From the NCBI GenBank assembly GCA_040954595.2, contig CM082581.2:2782699-2846698 (forward strand): a DNA stretch of 64,000 nucleotides, in the 5' to 3' direction. This DNA comes from Balanoglossus misakiensis (Eukaryota > Animalia > Hemichordata). Shown piece by piece: positions 14,261-26,572 of the stretch (position 1 is its first letter; each line of letters begins with the position of its first letter). The notes beneath the pieces are model-generated. The model had not been told where the DNA came from. It saw only the letters and a list, made by a program, of their open reading frames with translations, and ran no database searches. The translations under genes were made by a program, and so were the position numbers.

Positions 14261-16499
14261 AAAGGGTATTGAGCTTATGTTCCTCATAGGTGCTCCAAGA
14301 TCCACTGCTGTACTGTACACATTAAGGTACTCACCACACATACACTGCATGTAGATGTGGACATCAGTGTCATACTTAGTAATACTCTGCGTCCAGTAGT
14401 CCCAAAGTAGGAGGGCTTTGTGATTAAGAAGAACAAAGATCTGAGCTAACAAACTGCATAAGGTAAATTGGTCTCCTGGTGAGGTATATACCATCCACCT
14501 CAGCTGGCATGATCTCCAGTATATGCCTTGGTGAAGTACAATGCACTCTCCACTGCACTCTTGCTATAATGGCCTGACTATTCATAATTCCTGAGGAGCA
14601 ATACTCCATGGTTGGACAAGGATTCATCACATGGTGAGAAACTATGGCTCTGGGACCCTGCTATAAGATAGCATAGGGTTGAAAGCATGAGTTGAAGGTC
14701 TAGCTCAAATAGTTTTGTGGAATAGAGTGTTCTGACCTGACCCATCCTCCTGGCAAAGTATTTTTCTTGGCTCCCTTGACATTATTTCAAATTGTGTGTA
14801 TCATGAAAATGCCAATCAGTCAGACACTTGCCTCCGCCAATAGAGATAAGTCACAGCTGTTAAAACCATCTCAACACATACCAAGAACCATAGACAATAG
14901 TAAAGAGAAAAGAAAACTAATACATATTTAGATTACAAACTGCGAATGGATTGGCTGAGGGAACAGGATCCAGTGCGTACATGAGTAATAAAAGGATTTG
15001 AGAGAATAATTAAACAGAGCTCGTGCCTGGTCGGTTGATGTGGTATTGGCTGTTCTTGTCTACTAACACTACTTGAATGGATAAGGCTATGTGCTTTCTG
15101 GTGATATAGTAAAAGACAGAACTGCATGAAGCTCAGTTTTATGTGCAGGGATTAATTCCCACGACACTGGACTGCCAGACATGCAGAAAAAATGGTCTGA
15201 TGCAAATCAAGACTTGTAGTGAAGCACGAAGGTTGTCAGGTGATTGTCACCATACATTTCACTGTATTTTGAGGCATGTCCCCAATGTGTAACGTCTTTG
15301 ATGGAAATTGTTTTACACTTGAGTGATTTGGCCTGAGCAATATGCATAAGATCCCATTGAAACTTACGGATTTAGGTCAAAAAGTTGTCATCAAGTTCAG
15401 ATGACCAGAGGTCTCAGAAAGATGAAGCTGCCCACAACTTGACAGAGCTGACAATATCAGAGATATCAATGACAACACCGGTAAATGGTGTGTTTCATTA
15501 GTAAAGACACAAGGAAGATGATCACTATGATCAGAGGCTGTATACTAGCTGAAAGATGTATCTTAGTGATCACAGGTGGACGTATACCCCACAGGTGTTG
15601 CCTGCACCTCGATAATATCATATGTACACGCACATGTACATGTATACCGGTAACCTATAAAATGATAGTTTCGTAATGTGGAAAGAATAGTATGCCACTT
15701 GCGACAAGGAAGAAGGAATTCTGACAACTACTAAAAATTAAAGTGACATCGCATATTGGCAGCCAATGGGAAACCCATTTGCTATAAGTACACATTTCTG
15801 CCTTGTGAGCTGAATGCCAAGTTGAACTGTCCTCCAGGGTGGGACCCTGTGGTGATCCATGATTGCTGCATCCCCAAATGGCATGCTAGACACTTGCCTC
15901 CGATGAATAGGGGTATATATGTGACATAGCTGTATCCCAGAAGCGCCGGTGCAGAAGTCAGCAGTGTGATAGAGCATGTCTATTACAGATCGTCAGCCAT
16001 TCACTTCCATATTCAGTAAAATCAGTGATGGGATAAATACCCTTTTTTGTCTGTTGGAGTGGGAAATCTGCTGAAATATTCCACTATAGGAGCAAAATAA
16101 TTCACTATATAGACTCCAAGAGTTACTGAACAAGTGTTCTCAGCACAATGCTACTAACCTCCTTCAAGTGATACTGCTAGATTTCAAGACAGCAGTTATA
16201 ATATGTAAATACGAACCAATGCTAAGTGGACAAGGTTGCAAATACTACAGCTGGGCCGGTGGCTCCATGCTTCATAAAGCTGCATTTCCAATACAAGATT
16301 CTGCAATATTGAAGTCAGGACACACATGGGCCATAGGAGTATGAAAGTAGTAGTAGCACCCAAACCATACACCCACTATGAGTGTGGGTGAAGCAAAATG
16401 TTTTACACAAGTATTAGAAGCAAGAGCCTGTAATTTACACAAAGGCTAACAAGGCAATACAAAGCAGTATACTCTGTTTATATGTTCTCCAAAGATGTT

Positions 16500-17770
16500 G
16501 TTCAACATACTCTCTTACGTATGTTCTATAATTAGCACATGTTTTTCCAATCATTGTAGGGACGAACTCTCAATGTCATGGTCCACATTTTCTGAATTTT
16601 CATCTCAAAGCGACTCCAAATTCATTACAGACACCTTGTATCAAAGGGTCAACGGTTATCATTACAAATTCTATGATGTAGTCTTCCAAGGCTCCAACTA
16701 ATCTAGTTCTTGAATAAAACTGACTTTCCATGGACTCTCCTCGTCAAGTTATGCATGGCAATCCATTGTTAATGACACTGTCTCTACTGGATCGACAGTT
16801 AAAGGGGCAAAATCATAACACCAAACAAATAACCCACAAAAGTGACAAATTGGCGATGACGTGAAGAAATTCACACAAAGTGGTGTCTGCTGGGAGCTGT
16901 ATCAAACCTCACTGCAAACAACACGTCACAGTACCATTCAATGTGGACCAACAGCCACATTAGATTATACTGTGAAACAAATCAATGAAAATGTGTATCT
17001 TAAAACTCACAGTCATGGAACCATGTGTAAACAAATTAGATATAGTCAAAATCAAAATTGCATGACAGAGAATTTTTTTTTGAATGTAGAGAATTTTTTT
17101 TCTTGAATGCTCAACAATTCCTAGTCCAAGCTCAGTAGTGGACATTTGCACATGGTACCCCTGACGTCAAGTGTACTATTTTATCGTAAAGCACACAGTC
17201 TGGGAAGTGTAAACAAAACTAGATATATTCAAATCAAAGAAAATGAATGGCGGAATGACTAAGTGATCCAATGTAAACCTTTCTGTACATTATGAGAACA
17301 ATATTTGTAACTCACAGAAAATTCACATCTTATCTGAATATTGGTGGTTTGATGTCAAAGGGGCAATTTGAATCACTGGTTATCAATTTTGAGAGGGCTT
17401 TGCCGGCCAGACCTGATGTAAGGATTAACAACCCAGCGTCTATACATAAACTGCGTGTGTGGACACAAGCGACTCAAAGGATTAATTCTCTGTGTTTACA
17501 AAAGGCAAATAGTGTCTCTGAAACGTTTGAAATTTTTATCAGTGTGACCGTGGTATTATAAACAGGTACCCTACACTTTGAATGACACACACACTTACAC
17601 CACACAAACAAACAAACAAACAAACAAACAAACAAACAAACAAACATAAATACCCTATATATACTATACTATAACTAAAAATAACTACAACTAACAAAAT
17701 GAAAATAACTTAATATACATATATAAATAAATAAACTGTTCAAGTACAGATGTGTACACTGAAATTAACT
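16500..17770. repeat. Diverged inverted paralogue of 4330-5940
   Basis: 16545-16905 aligns by eye to the reverse complement of 5560-5925 (both translate to ...KFTQS..CWELY). cagatgtgtacac (17747-17759) mirrors gtgtacacatctg (4336-4348). Confidence 0.7.
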
Positions 17771-17889
17771 AAATTTACAAAAATATATAAAAATGCATTG
17801 CAGGGATGCCCCCAAAACTACCATAAGCACTGCAAGCTGGGAGTCCATGCGTCTGCGGACCTCTATTGGCGGATGACACATCGTGGAGA

Positions 17890-18082
17890 CTGCATGGTAG
17901 TCTGACTTCTGGTCCAAATCATCTTTGCCAGTTGGCATGGAGATCAATATTCGCCATCCTGCAACACAGCATCTAGTTTCTGCATGGTAGTCGGACTTCT
18001 GGTCCAAATCATCTTTCTGAATCAATCTGCCAGTTGGCATAGAGATCAATCATTCTCTGCCATCCTGCAACCCAGCATCTAG
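17890..18082. repeat. Two-copy tandem duplication, unit about 90-100 bp
   Basis: ctgcatggtagtc[t/g]gacttctggtccaaatcatcttt...gccatcctgcaac.cagcatctag occurs twice. Confidence 0.85.
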
Positions 18083-19308
18083 GCATCCAGTGTCTCATAT
18101 CTGAAAAAAGCAAACAGATGCCGTACAGGAATATATAAATGATGAGCTGGGGGTGGTGGTGTAAAATGGGGAGTAATTTGACTGCATGTGACACAAAAGA
18201 CAGCATCTGTGATAAAGCGCCCTTTATAACTCCAGGCATTGTCTTTGCAGAACACATGCCAGGTAATGCAAATTATCACATGAACTGGCCCGTATAGCGA
18301 CCTGTGTGACGTAGAACAGGTCGAACAAAAAATCCGAATTTTCCCCTGTTCTACGTCATCAACCGGAACTATTTTCGCTGATTCGCCCGTCGCTGTAACT
18401 TTCTTGTAAAACGGCATAACAAGTGGATGTACCCGTAGTTGTGCACGATTGAAATAAAAATGACGGTTGCATAAGAATATCGCTGGGTAAAATCAATACG
18501 AGAAAGGTAGAATTTGAAACGTGACGATCGTGAATGTGTGCTCTCAGCTAGCGAGCCTGGTCCCGATCGAGCAAGTACACTTGATTTTAGGCTTACGGAA
18601 GTTCCGAGAATGGTTTCGAGTCAGCTGAGCGGGACGACTAACACTCTGTATTCTTTCCACCGGTCAATGAAATATATAAGACGTGGAAAAACGTCGCAGT
18701 TCATTTGTTTGAGAATCGAAAACATTTGTCTAGGGTTCGAGGATGAGATTCTGTACGAGGGTTGCAGTTTCTGCGGAAACACAACTGCGCTGACTAGCCA
18801 GGCAGCCTTGAACATCGTTCCTGGACTAATATTTTCAATATCCTGTCACAATAACGGTTTTAGGATATATTGCAATGGAACTGTGTTTATTTTTTCATAA
18901 AGTTTTACATGAAGCGCGTCATTTTTTCTGTCAAACTGCGACTTGCAGCATAAACTTTGCGAGCGAACTCGACGCGATGACTTGCTAGGACGTTGTGTTG
19001 ACATGTACACAGCGCGAGACGATGATTGACAGGCAGAATGTATAAAAATTCTGGCCCATGTGACTGACTCCGCGAATCTGATTGGTAGACAAGACGCAAA
19101 AGTGTATAATCTTGAAAGTCGATTTCACTTTATGAATGAAAGGGATTCCATAATTAGCATATCTCGTGGGGGTCACAGATCGTTGCGCAGGGGAAAGAAC
19201 GTAATCCTGCTAAATAAACTGCAAGGCCGCTCAAATATTTTAGAAAGATATTGGAATATTTTTATCCTACCTCTTCTAACGAAAATAAGAAGACTGTTCA
19301 TGTGATAA

Positions 19309-19471
19309 ATATATAATCCCATGATATTTTTCTTTGTTTGACGTCATCGTTTACTTGTGGTTTTTGCGGAGTCGTACAACTTCTCGCCTACGGCTCGAAG
19401 TTGCACGGCTCCGCGAAAATCACTCTTATAGGATGACGTCAAACAAAGAAAAATATCATGGGATTATATAT
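19309..19471. mobile_element. 163-bp MITE-like palindrome
   Basis: Perfect 40-bp inverted ends (atatataatcccatgatatttttctttgtttgacgtcatc) plus an internal dyad. Confidence 0.8.
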
Positions 19472-20355
19472 AAGAATCCATCAAGTAGTACTATATGCAG
19501 TCTACATCGACAATGATTCATGCCCAGTTTTTATGGACTTGTTATTTTGTGCCAATCTAAATGACTTCTGGGTGTTTTGTTGGGTGCTTGTAAAACTTGT
19601 GACGAGCAGTAATGAGCAGAAATTTGCAGTAATGACCAATAACATCCCAGAAATAGACAGAATGAGTAATCCCAGATACTGTGGAAATGACGATCGTTTC
19701 CAATTTCATACTAGTCATCTGAAGTAATGCAATCAGTGTCAATTATCATGACCATTTTCACAGAACAGTTGTTTAATTTCATATCATCACTAGAAAAACT
19801 TGTCATAGTTGATGACGTCGTTCAAGCAGGTTTGATGTTCTGGGTAGTTGTGCTCGAGTGTTGGTTAGTTTTCCCATAACTGTAAATGTTGTGCGTCGAT
19901 TTGATGTTTTCATCGACATACTCTGAATGTTTGAAGGAACTTTACAAACCCCATATGAATTCCCATCTATATAAAATGGAGAGGCCAACAGTTATATTGA
20001 TGTTAGGCCAGAGAAAAAAAAAATCTTGTTCATTGGATTTTTGTTTTGGACCTTTGTCGGGAAGCGGTGAGCGAAAAGTTTTTTTTTAATATTTTTAGGC
20101 CGAAGGTAAAACCAGTTCTCTGGCATATTAGCACAGATGCAGACAATGCGAGATAATTGTTTTGCTTTTTACCAGAAATATCTCTGATACATGTACTGTA
20201 CTTGTAACTGAATTCAATACAATATTTCCCCACCAATAAAACAGGCCATTATATATACAGTTGGTGTTTGCACAATATATTCTGAGTATTTTAACAGGCT
20301 CTCAGAATAAAATAAATCACTGAAATCCAACAATTAAGTATTATCCTTTATTATA

Positions 20356-20665
20356 TTATACCAGTATATTGATGGTGTAAATCACGCTATTTGATTGGTC
20401 GAGACACGACACGTGACCGTGATATATTAGCCATATACCACAGTCATATATCATAGTCAAAGAAAATGCCTTTTTAAAATGTTTTATGCAAAGTTTCAAT
20501 ATACTGGCATAATATAATAGCAATAAAACACCCCCAGCCATGGTATACCACTCGATTTTGACCAGTTCAACTCCATATACGCACTCGCTATCGCTCGTGC
20601 GTATATGTCGTGAACTGGTCAAAATCTCCTGGTATACCATGGCTGGGGGTGTTTTATTGCTTAAA
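20356..20665. mobile_element. Short non-autonomous element ending in a 141-nt hairpin (Crypton-like, tentative)
   Basis: Near-perfect stem-loop 20520-20660 (gcaataaaacacccccagccatggtatacca / tggtataccatggctgggggtgttttattgc), preceded by attggtcgag...cacgtgac. Family assignment is inference. Confidence 0.6.
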
Positions 20666-20799
20666 TATTGTCCTGGTGGGACCTAGCATCAGAGTTTTTT
20701 CATTTTACTTTTGCCCCATGTCTTGGCCTCTTTACTGTCTCTACACATTCTACACGATGGTCTAACAACACTGTACAGACTATCTCTCACTACGCACAC

Positions 20800-21150
20800 T
20801 GTTCTCACACTCCTGGCATGCTGGGAGTGTGAGAACAAATTGATCCCACACTTTCACTGAATCGAAAGCTGTATCTGACGCTAGCGCTGATTATTTGACA
20901 AAGCGTTCTTTTGCAAATGCGCTCTAAATGTTATCCAATGGCGCGATGTGTATGAAAGGGACAGAGACTATAACGTGCCTAGACAACAGTTCCAGAGTCA
21001 TAATGTTTTTAACGAATTTGGCTAATTTGTGACCGTGTTAGAAATATAATCTCACACGCCAAGGACCTGGAATCATATTTCTCATACTTGTCAGGGAAAA
21101 TCCGCAACTCATGTGAGAACTATGATCCCAGGTCCTTGGGTGTGTGAGAT
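20800..21150. repeat. Double-hairpin dispersed repeat, deleted copy at about 29200-29335
   Basis: Hairpins at 20801-20838 and 21049-21150. gatcccacact...aatcgaaagct and tgtgagaa.tatga...gtgagatt recur near 29.2-29.3 kb. Confidence 0.65.
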
Positions 21151-21625
21151 TCTTTTTTTCTGGTCATGGTAGCCATGTCTAATTTGTTCCAGACTGCACC
21201 AAGTTCGTCAAACAGCTGAATAATATCATTGCAATAGCTATTGGGAAACATCTATTATCAGGCAGACTGACTTCAGTAGCAGTGGACATCATGATCAAAA
21301 ACGCATTTTGAATGTGGCCATCAGTATCAAATTGCACGGTAGCGGAAGTAGATGGAATGGCTTTGTGTGCAAATTGATTGTCTTATTAGACACATTGAAC
21401 ACTTCAAAATTCATGTTGAACTCGCTGTAGACTGACACTGTATTTAAACATCAACGCAACCATGTGTTTTGTCGCTGTCATAATTTTTATACAATTTCGA
21501 TGCAATTTTCATTCAACTAGATGCACCAACCATCTGCTGTCACAATCTTGTTAAACAAATCACTGAACTTTGGAACTAAATGTTCGCTGTCACGTTGAAT
21601 ATTGGTGCAATTACAATCAAATTAA

Positions 21626-24600
21626 AGGGACAAAGTCTCTCTCTCGCGGCCCTTTTTCCATTAATTATGTTTGGTACAAGATACCGTTTATGTAAATGTT
21701 TTTATGTAGTGAATGAACATTCAAGCCCCTATAGCTGCCAAATTTCATATATTTTTTTCCACAGTAAAATACTTCAAATATATTTACCCTAGGAAATAGG
21801 TGCCGTTAATCAGAATTTTTGGTAAGGAAGGTTTGAGATGTCCATTCTATGTAAAAAAATGTAGCTGATTCTAAAAAGTCAGTCTTATTGACCCCACTGA
21901 AGACAAAATTGCCATTTTGGCCCTTTTTAACCCAAAAATGGTCTTTTTTAGAAAACACTAAAAACACACTGTTTTTGTCACATTCTGAGATCTGATGACA
22001 TACGATATGCTTATTCTATATAAAATTTGGTGAATATTACGAAAAAAGTAGTCCGATTGACCCAAAACAACACAAAATTGCCTTTTTGACCATATTTTGC
22101 CCAAAAAACGTCATTTTTAGAAAAATTTAAAACACACGGTTTTCTTCATAATGATTGATCTGGTGATATATGGAAAGTCAATTCTATGTTAAAAGTGGTG
22201 ACTTTAAAAAATAAAGCAGTCTCTTTGACCTCAATCAATACAAAAATGCCATTTTTGGCCATTTTTGAGGTCAAAAAAGGTCATTTTTACAAAAAAAACT
22301 AAAAACAAATTGTGTACTTCATATTCAGAGATCATTGGATATATGAAATGTCCATTCTATGTAAAAATGGTGCTGATTCCAGAAATAGCAGTCTTATTGA
22401 CCCTACTCAAGAAAAAAATGCCATTTTTGCCACTTTTTGCCCAGAAACGTCATTTTTAGAAAACACTCAAAATGTATATATTTTCTTCACTTTCGGAGAT
22501 CTGATAATGTATTATATGCCCACCCTATGTAAAATTTGGTGATTATTCCAAAAAAGCAGATTTATTGACCCAACCTAATGCAAAAATGCCCTTTTGGAAA
22601 GTTTTTGCCCAAAAAGGCCATTTTTAGAAAAAAATTTAAAAACAAACTTTTCTTCATAAAGCTCAGAGATCATGTGATATATGAAATGTTCATCCTATGT
22701 AAAACATGGTGCTGATTCCAGAAATAGCAGTCTTGTTGATCCTACTCAAAAAAATATGCCATTTTTGCCACTGTTTGCCCCAAAAACGTCATTTTCTGAA
22801 AACACTCAAAATTTATATATTTTCTTCACTTTCGGAGATCTGATAATGTATTATATGCCCACTATATGTGAAAAATTTCCCAAAAACGCAGTTTTATTGA
22901 TGCCACTCAAGATAAAAGTGCCTTTTTGGCAAGTTTCTGCCCAAAAAGTGTCATTTCTAGAAACCACCCAAACTTTTATATTTTCTTCACTTTCGGAGAT
23001 AGGTGTTGTTTCCAGAAATGCAGTCTTAATGACCTCAACCATGATGAAATCGCCTTTTTGGCTAAGTTTTGCACAAAATTGTTATTTTTAAGAATATATT
23101 AATATCATTCTCTTTTCTTCACTTTCGGTGATCTTATTATAAATAAAAGCCCATTCTATATTGAAATGTGGTTACTGTTCCAAAAACGGAAGTCTTACTT
23201 ACCCTATTCAATTGACATTTGTAATTTCGGCCACTTTTTTGGTCAAAATGTTCATTAAAAACAAACAAACTAAAGACAAATTGTTTTCTTCATATTCAGA
23301 GATCTGATCATGTATGAAATGTCCATTCTGTGTAAAATTTGGTGACTATTCCAAAAACGGCAGTCTGGTTGGCCCCACTCTAGTCAAAATTGCCTTTTTG
23401 GCTATTTGTAGCCAAAAATAGATCTACTCAAGAAAAATTTATCCTTTTTGCCATTTTGTACCAAAAACATGTTTGTATTTGGAGTTTTTGCAAAATTAGC
23501 CCAAGTTGAACTCATAATGATGATGAAACAGCGTCGACAGGAAAAGAAGTTACGAATCGAACAAAACTCGCGTCAATGAATGTAAACACGCCGCTCGGGA
23601 CCAAGCTCTAAACATGATACAGATGACAAAAGACAGGCATTGCACATTGCCCAAATATTCTCATACAGCAGTTCCAAATTAAAACGTCAAGGAATTTAAT
23701 TGTTTTTATTATGTTTATTTGGTTTAAGCCCACATTTTCCCTGCTGCGTGCTAGTTCAGGGGCCAGTTTTAGCAGTGCTCTATTGAGTATTCTAGCATCG
23801 TCGGTTGCACTCCTGTCCAATCAGTATGACGGAGGTATCATGATATAAATTATAATATAATTTCTGATTTTGTCTCCCGAGCTGGCATATCTGAACCTAA
23901 ATATTTCACACCACGCATAATCGACTTATAGTAGACAGTGAGTGTACATGGATCATCTTATTGTTGAGTTCAGTTTTGGGCTAAATGTGCCGAATTGTGG
24001 CAACCCTGTCTTTCAATATCATCAATTTAATTGATATTATATGGTTATGGCGTTTTAAATATGCATATACAACATCAGAACACAAATGGCAAAAACATCA
24101 ATTATATTTGTTTTCTGAAAATGCCTATTGTTGACCAAAAGATAGCAAAATGACAATTTTGTACTGAGCGGGGTGTCTTAATAAGACCGTTGTACTGGTA
24201 TCAGCATATTTTTTGCACACACAAAAAACAAAAAAACAAAAACGAATTTACATACATCACAAGGGCTCTGAATATGAAGGAATAAGTTTGTATTTATTTG
24301 TTCTAACAGTTACCTTTTTGAGCAAAGAGGCAAAAATGGTATTTTTTCCCTCTGTACAATGTACTTTTCACACATCATAGAATCTCCAAATAATAAGAAA
24401 ACAGTTTGTTTTTAATGATTTTCGAAAAGTGGCTTTTTGGGCAAAAACTTGTCAAAAAAGCACTGTTTTCTTGAGTGGCGCCAGTAAAACTTTTTTTTGA
24501 ATTTTTTCACATAGAGTGGGTATATAATACATCATCATCTCCGAAAGTGAAGAAAAGTTTTGGGTGGTTTCTAGAAATGACACTTTTTGGGCAGAAACTT

Positions 24601-26263
24601 GCCAAAAGGCACTTTTATCTTGAGTGGCATCAATAAAACTGCGTTTTTGGAAATTTTTCACATATAGTGGGCATATAATACATTATCAGATCTCCGAAAG
24701 TGAAGAAAATATATAAATTTTGAGTGTTTTCAGAAAATGACGTTTTTGGGACAAAAAGTGGCAAAAATGGCATTTTTTTCTTGAGTAGGATCAATAAGAC
24801 TGCTATTTCTGGAATCAGCACCATTTTTTACATAGGATGAACATTTCATATATCACATGATCTCTGAGCTTTATGAAGAAAAGTTTCTTTTTAAATTTTT
24901 TTCTATAAATGGCCTTTTTGGGCAAAAACTTTCCAAAAGGGCATTTTTGCATTAGGTTGGGTCAATAAATCTGCTTTTTGGGAATAATCACCAAATTTTA
25001 CATAGGGTGGGCATATAATACATTATCAGATCTCCTAAAGTGAAGAAAATATATAAATTTTGAGTGTTTTCTAAAAATGACGTTTTTGGGCAAAAATGGC
25101 ATTTTTTTCTTGAGTAGGGTCAATAAGACTGCTATTTCTGGAATCAGCACCATTTTTTACATAGAATGGACATTTCATATATCCAATGATCTCTGAATAT
25201 GAAGAACACAATTTGTTTTTAGTTTTTTTGTAAAAATGACCTTTTTTGACCTCAAAAAGTGGCCAAAAATGGCATTTTTGTATTGATTGAGGTCAAAAAG
25301 ACTGCTTTATTTTTTAAAGTCACCACTTTTAACATAGAATCGACTTTCCATATATCACCAGATCAATCATTATGAAGAAAACTGTGTGTTTTAAATGTTT
25401 TCTAAAAATAACGTTTTTTGGGCAAAAAATGGTCAAAAAGGCAATTTTGTGTTGTTTTGGGTCAATCGGACTACTTTTTTCGTAATATTCACCTAATTTT
25501 ACATAGAATAAGCATATCGTATGTCATCAGATCTCAGAATGTGACGAAAACAGTGTGTTTTTAGTGTTTTCTAAAAAAAGACCATTTTTGGGTTAAAAAG
25601 GGCCAAAATGGCAATTTTGTCTTGAGTGGGGGCAATAAGACCGACTTTTTTGGAATCAGCTACATTTTTTACATAGAATGGACATCTCAAACCTTCCTTA
25701 CCAAAAATTCTGATTAACGGCACCTATCTCCTGGACTAATTCCCTATCCTCTAAAATCCCCACCATTAAGCCATATTACTTGCATTTCCATCAGTTTGTC
25801 ATCTCTTGGCGACGCATACCACGTACTGTACTGTTTGTATGGAGGCTGATTAAATCGGTGCAGCACCTGTTTAATGCATAGTGCGTTCAAATTGCAACAT
25901 GCTGTCACAATCGGGCATCGATAAGGTGTTTTTACCTATCAGTATGCTTATTTATATGGACCAAAGTAAGTTGGAAAATAAAATCATGAAAATAATGCAG
26001 AAAGTGGCAGGCTTTCAACTACACACACCTTCCATCCCGCTTGTAAACACGAGAGCGAAAAAACTCGCCAAAATGAATAATCGGTTTTTACCATGTTTAT
26101 TCATTTTGGGTGCGTTTTTACTCTCATATCATACAAACGGGATGAAAATTGTGTGTGGTCGAACGGTCATTCATTATATATCCACATGTAGAATAAAATA
26201 AATGGTGTCTTGTATCAATCATAATTAATGGAAAAAGGGCAGCGAGAGAGAGACATTGTCCCT
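21626..26263. mobile_element. TTAA-flanked (Kolobok-type) MITE interrupted by a foldback element
   Basis: TTAA|agggacaaagtctctctctcgc ... gcgagagagagacattgtccct|TTAA. The same family occurs at 52230-52270, 54398-54612 and 55200-55530. Confidence 0.8.
21791..25732. mobile_element. Foldback-type element with about 1.2-kb near-perfect inverted arms built from about 170-bp subrepeats
   Basis: Ends aggaaataggtgccgttaatcagaattttt / aaaaattctgattaacggcacctatctcct. The motif gtcttattgaccc recurs at about 21882, 22051, 22219, 22391, 22559, 22730 and 22891, mirrored in 24450-25730. No coding capacity and no clear TSD. Confidence 0.9.
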
Positions 26264-26572
26264 TTAATGCTCATGATGTGACATGAACCAACCTTTACTA
26301 ATAGAACAAGGAAATTTTTGCCCAAATCTACCCACTTTGCATTGACATTTGCCAAATATTTACATTACAACAACGTGTTGGCGCTCAACTCGCTCAAAAC
26401 AGGTTGGAAGACTAATTCAAAATGCTTTGCCCGTGAAAACCTGAGAAAGTGTAGGGCGCCACCAAAGGCAGTACTAAGAATATTTGAAATACAGAAGTAA
26501 GAATTTGCCAGAAATTCAAAAAAAAATTCCAAAACAGCCAAAGTAGAATAAGCAGTGATTCCGATGAACAAT

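Noticed and set aside
22265-24824. ORFs within the foldback arms
   Set aside because: They are mirror-image translations of the 170-bp subrepeats with no protein motifs.
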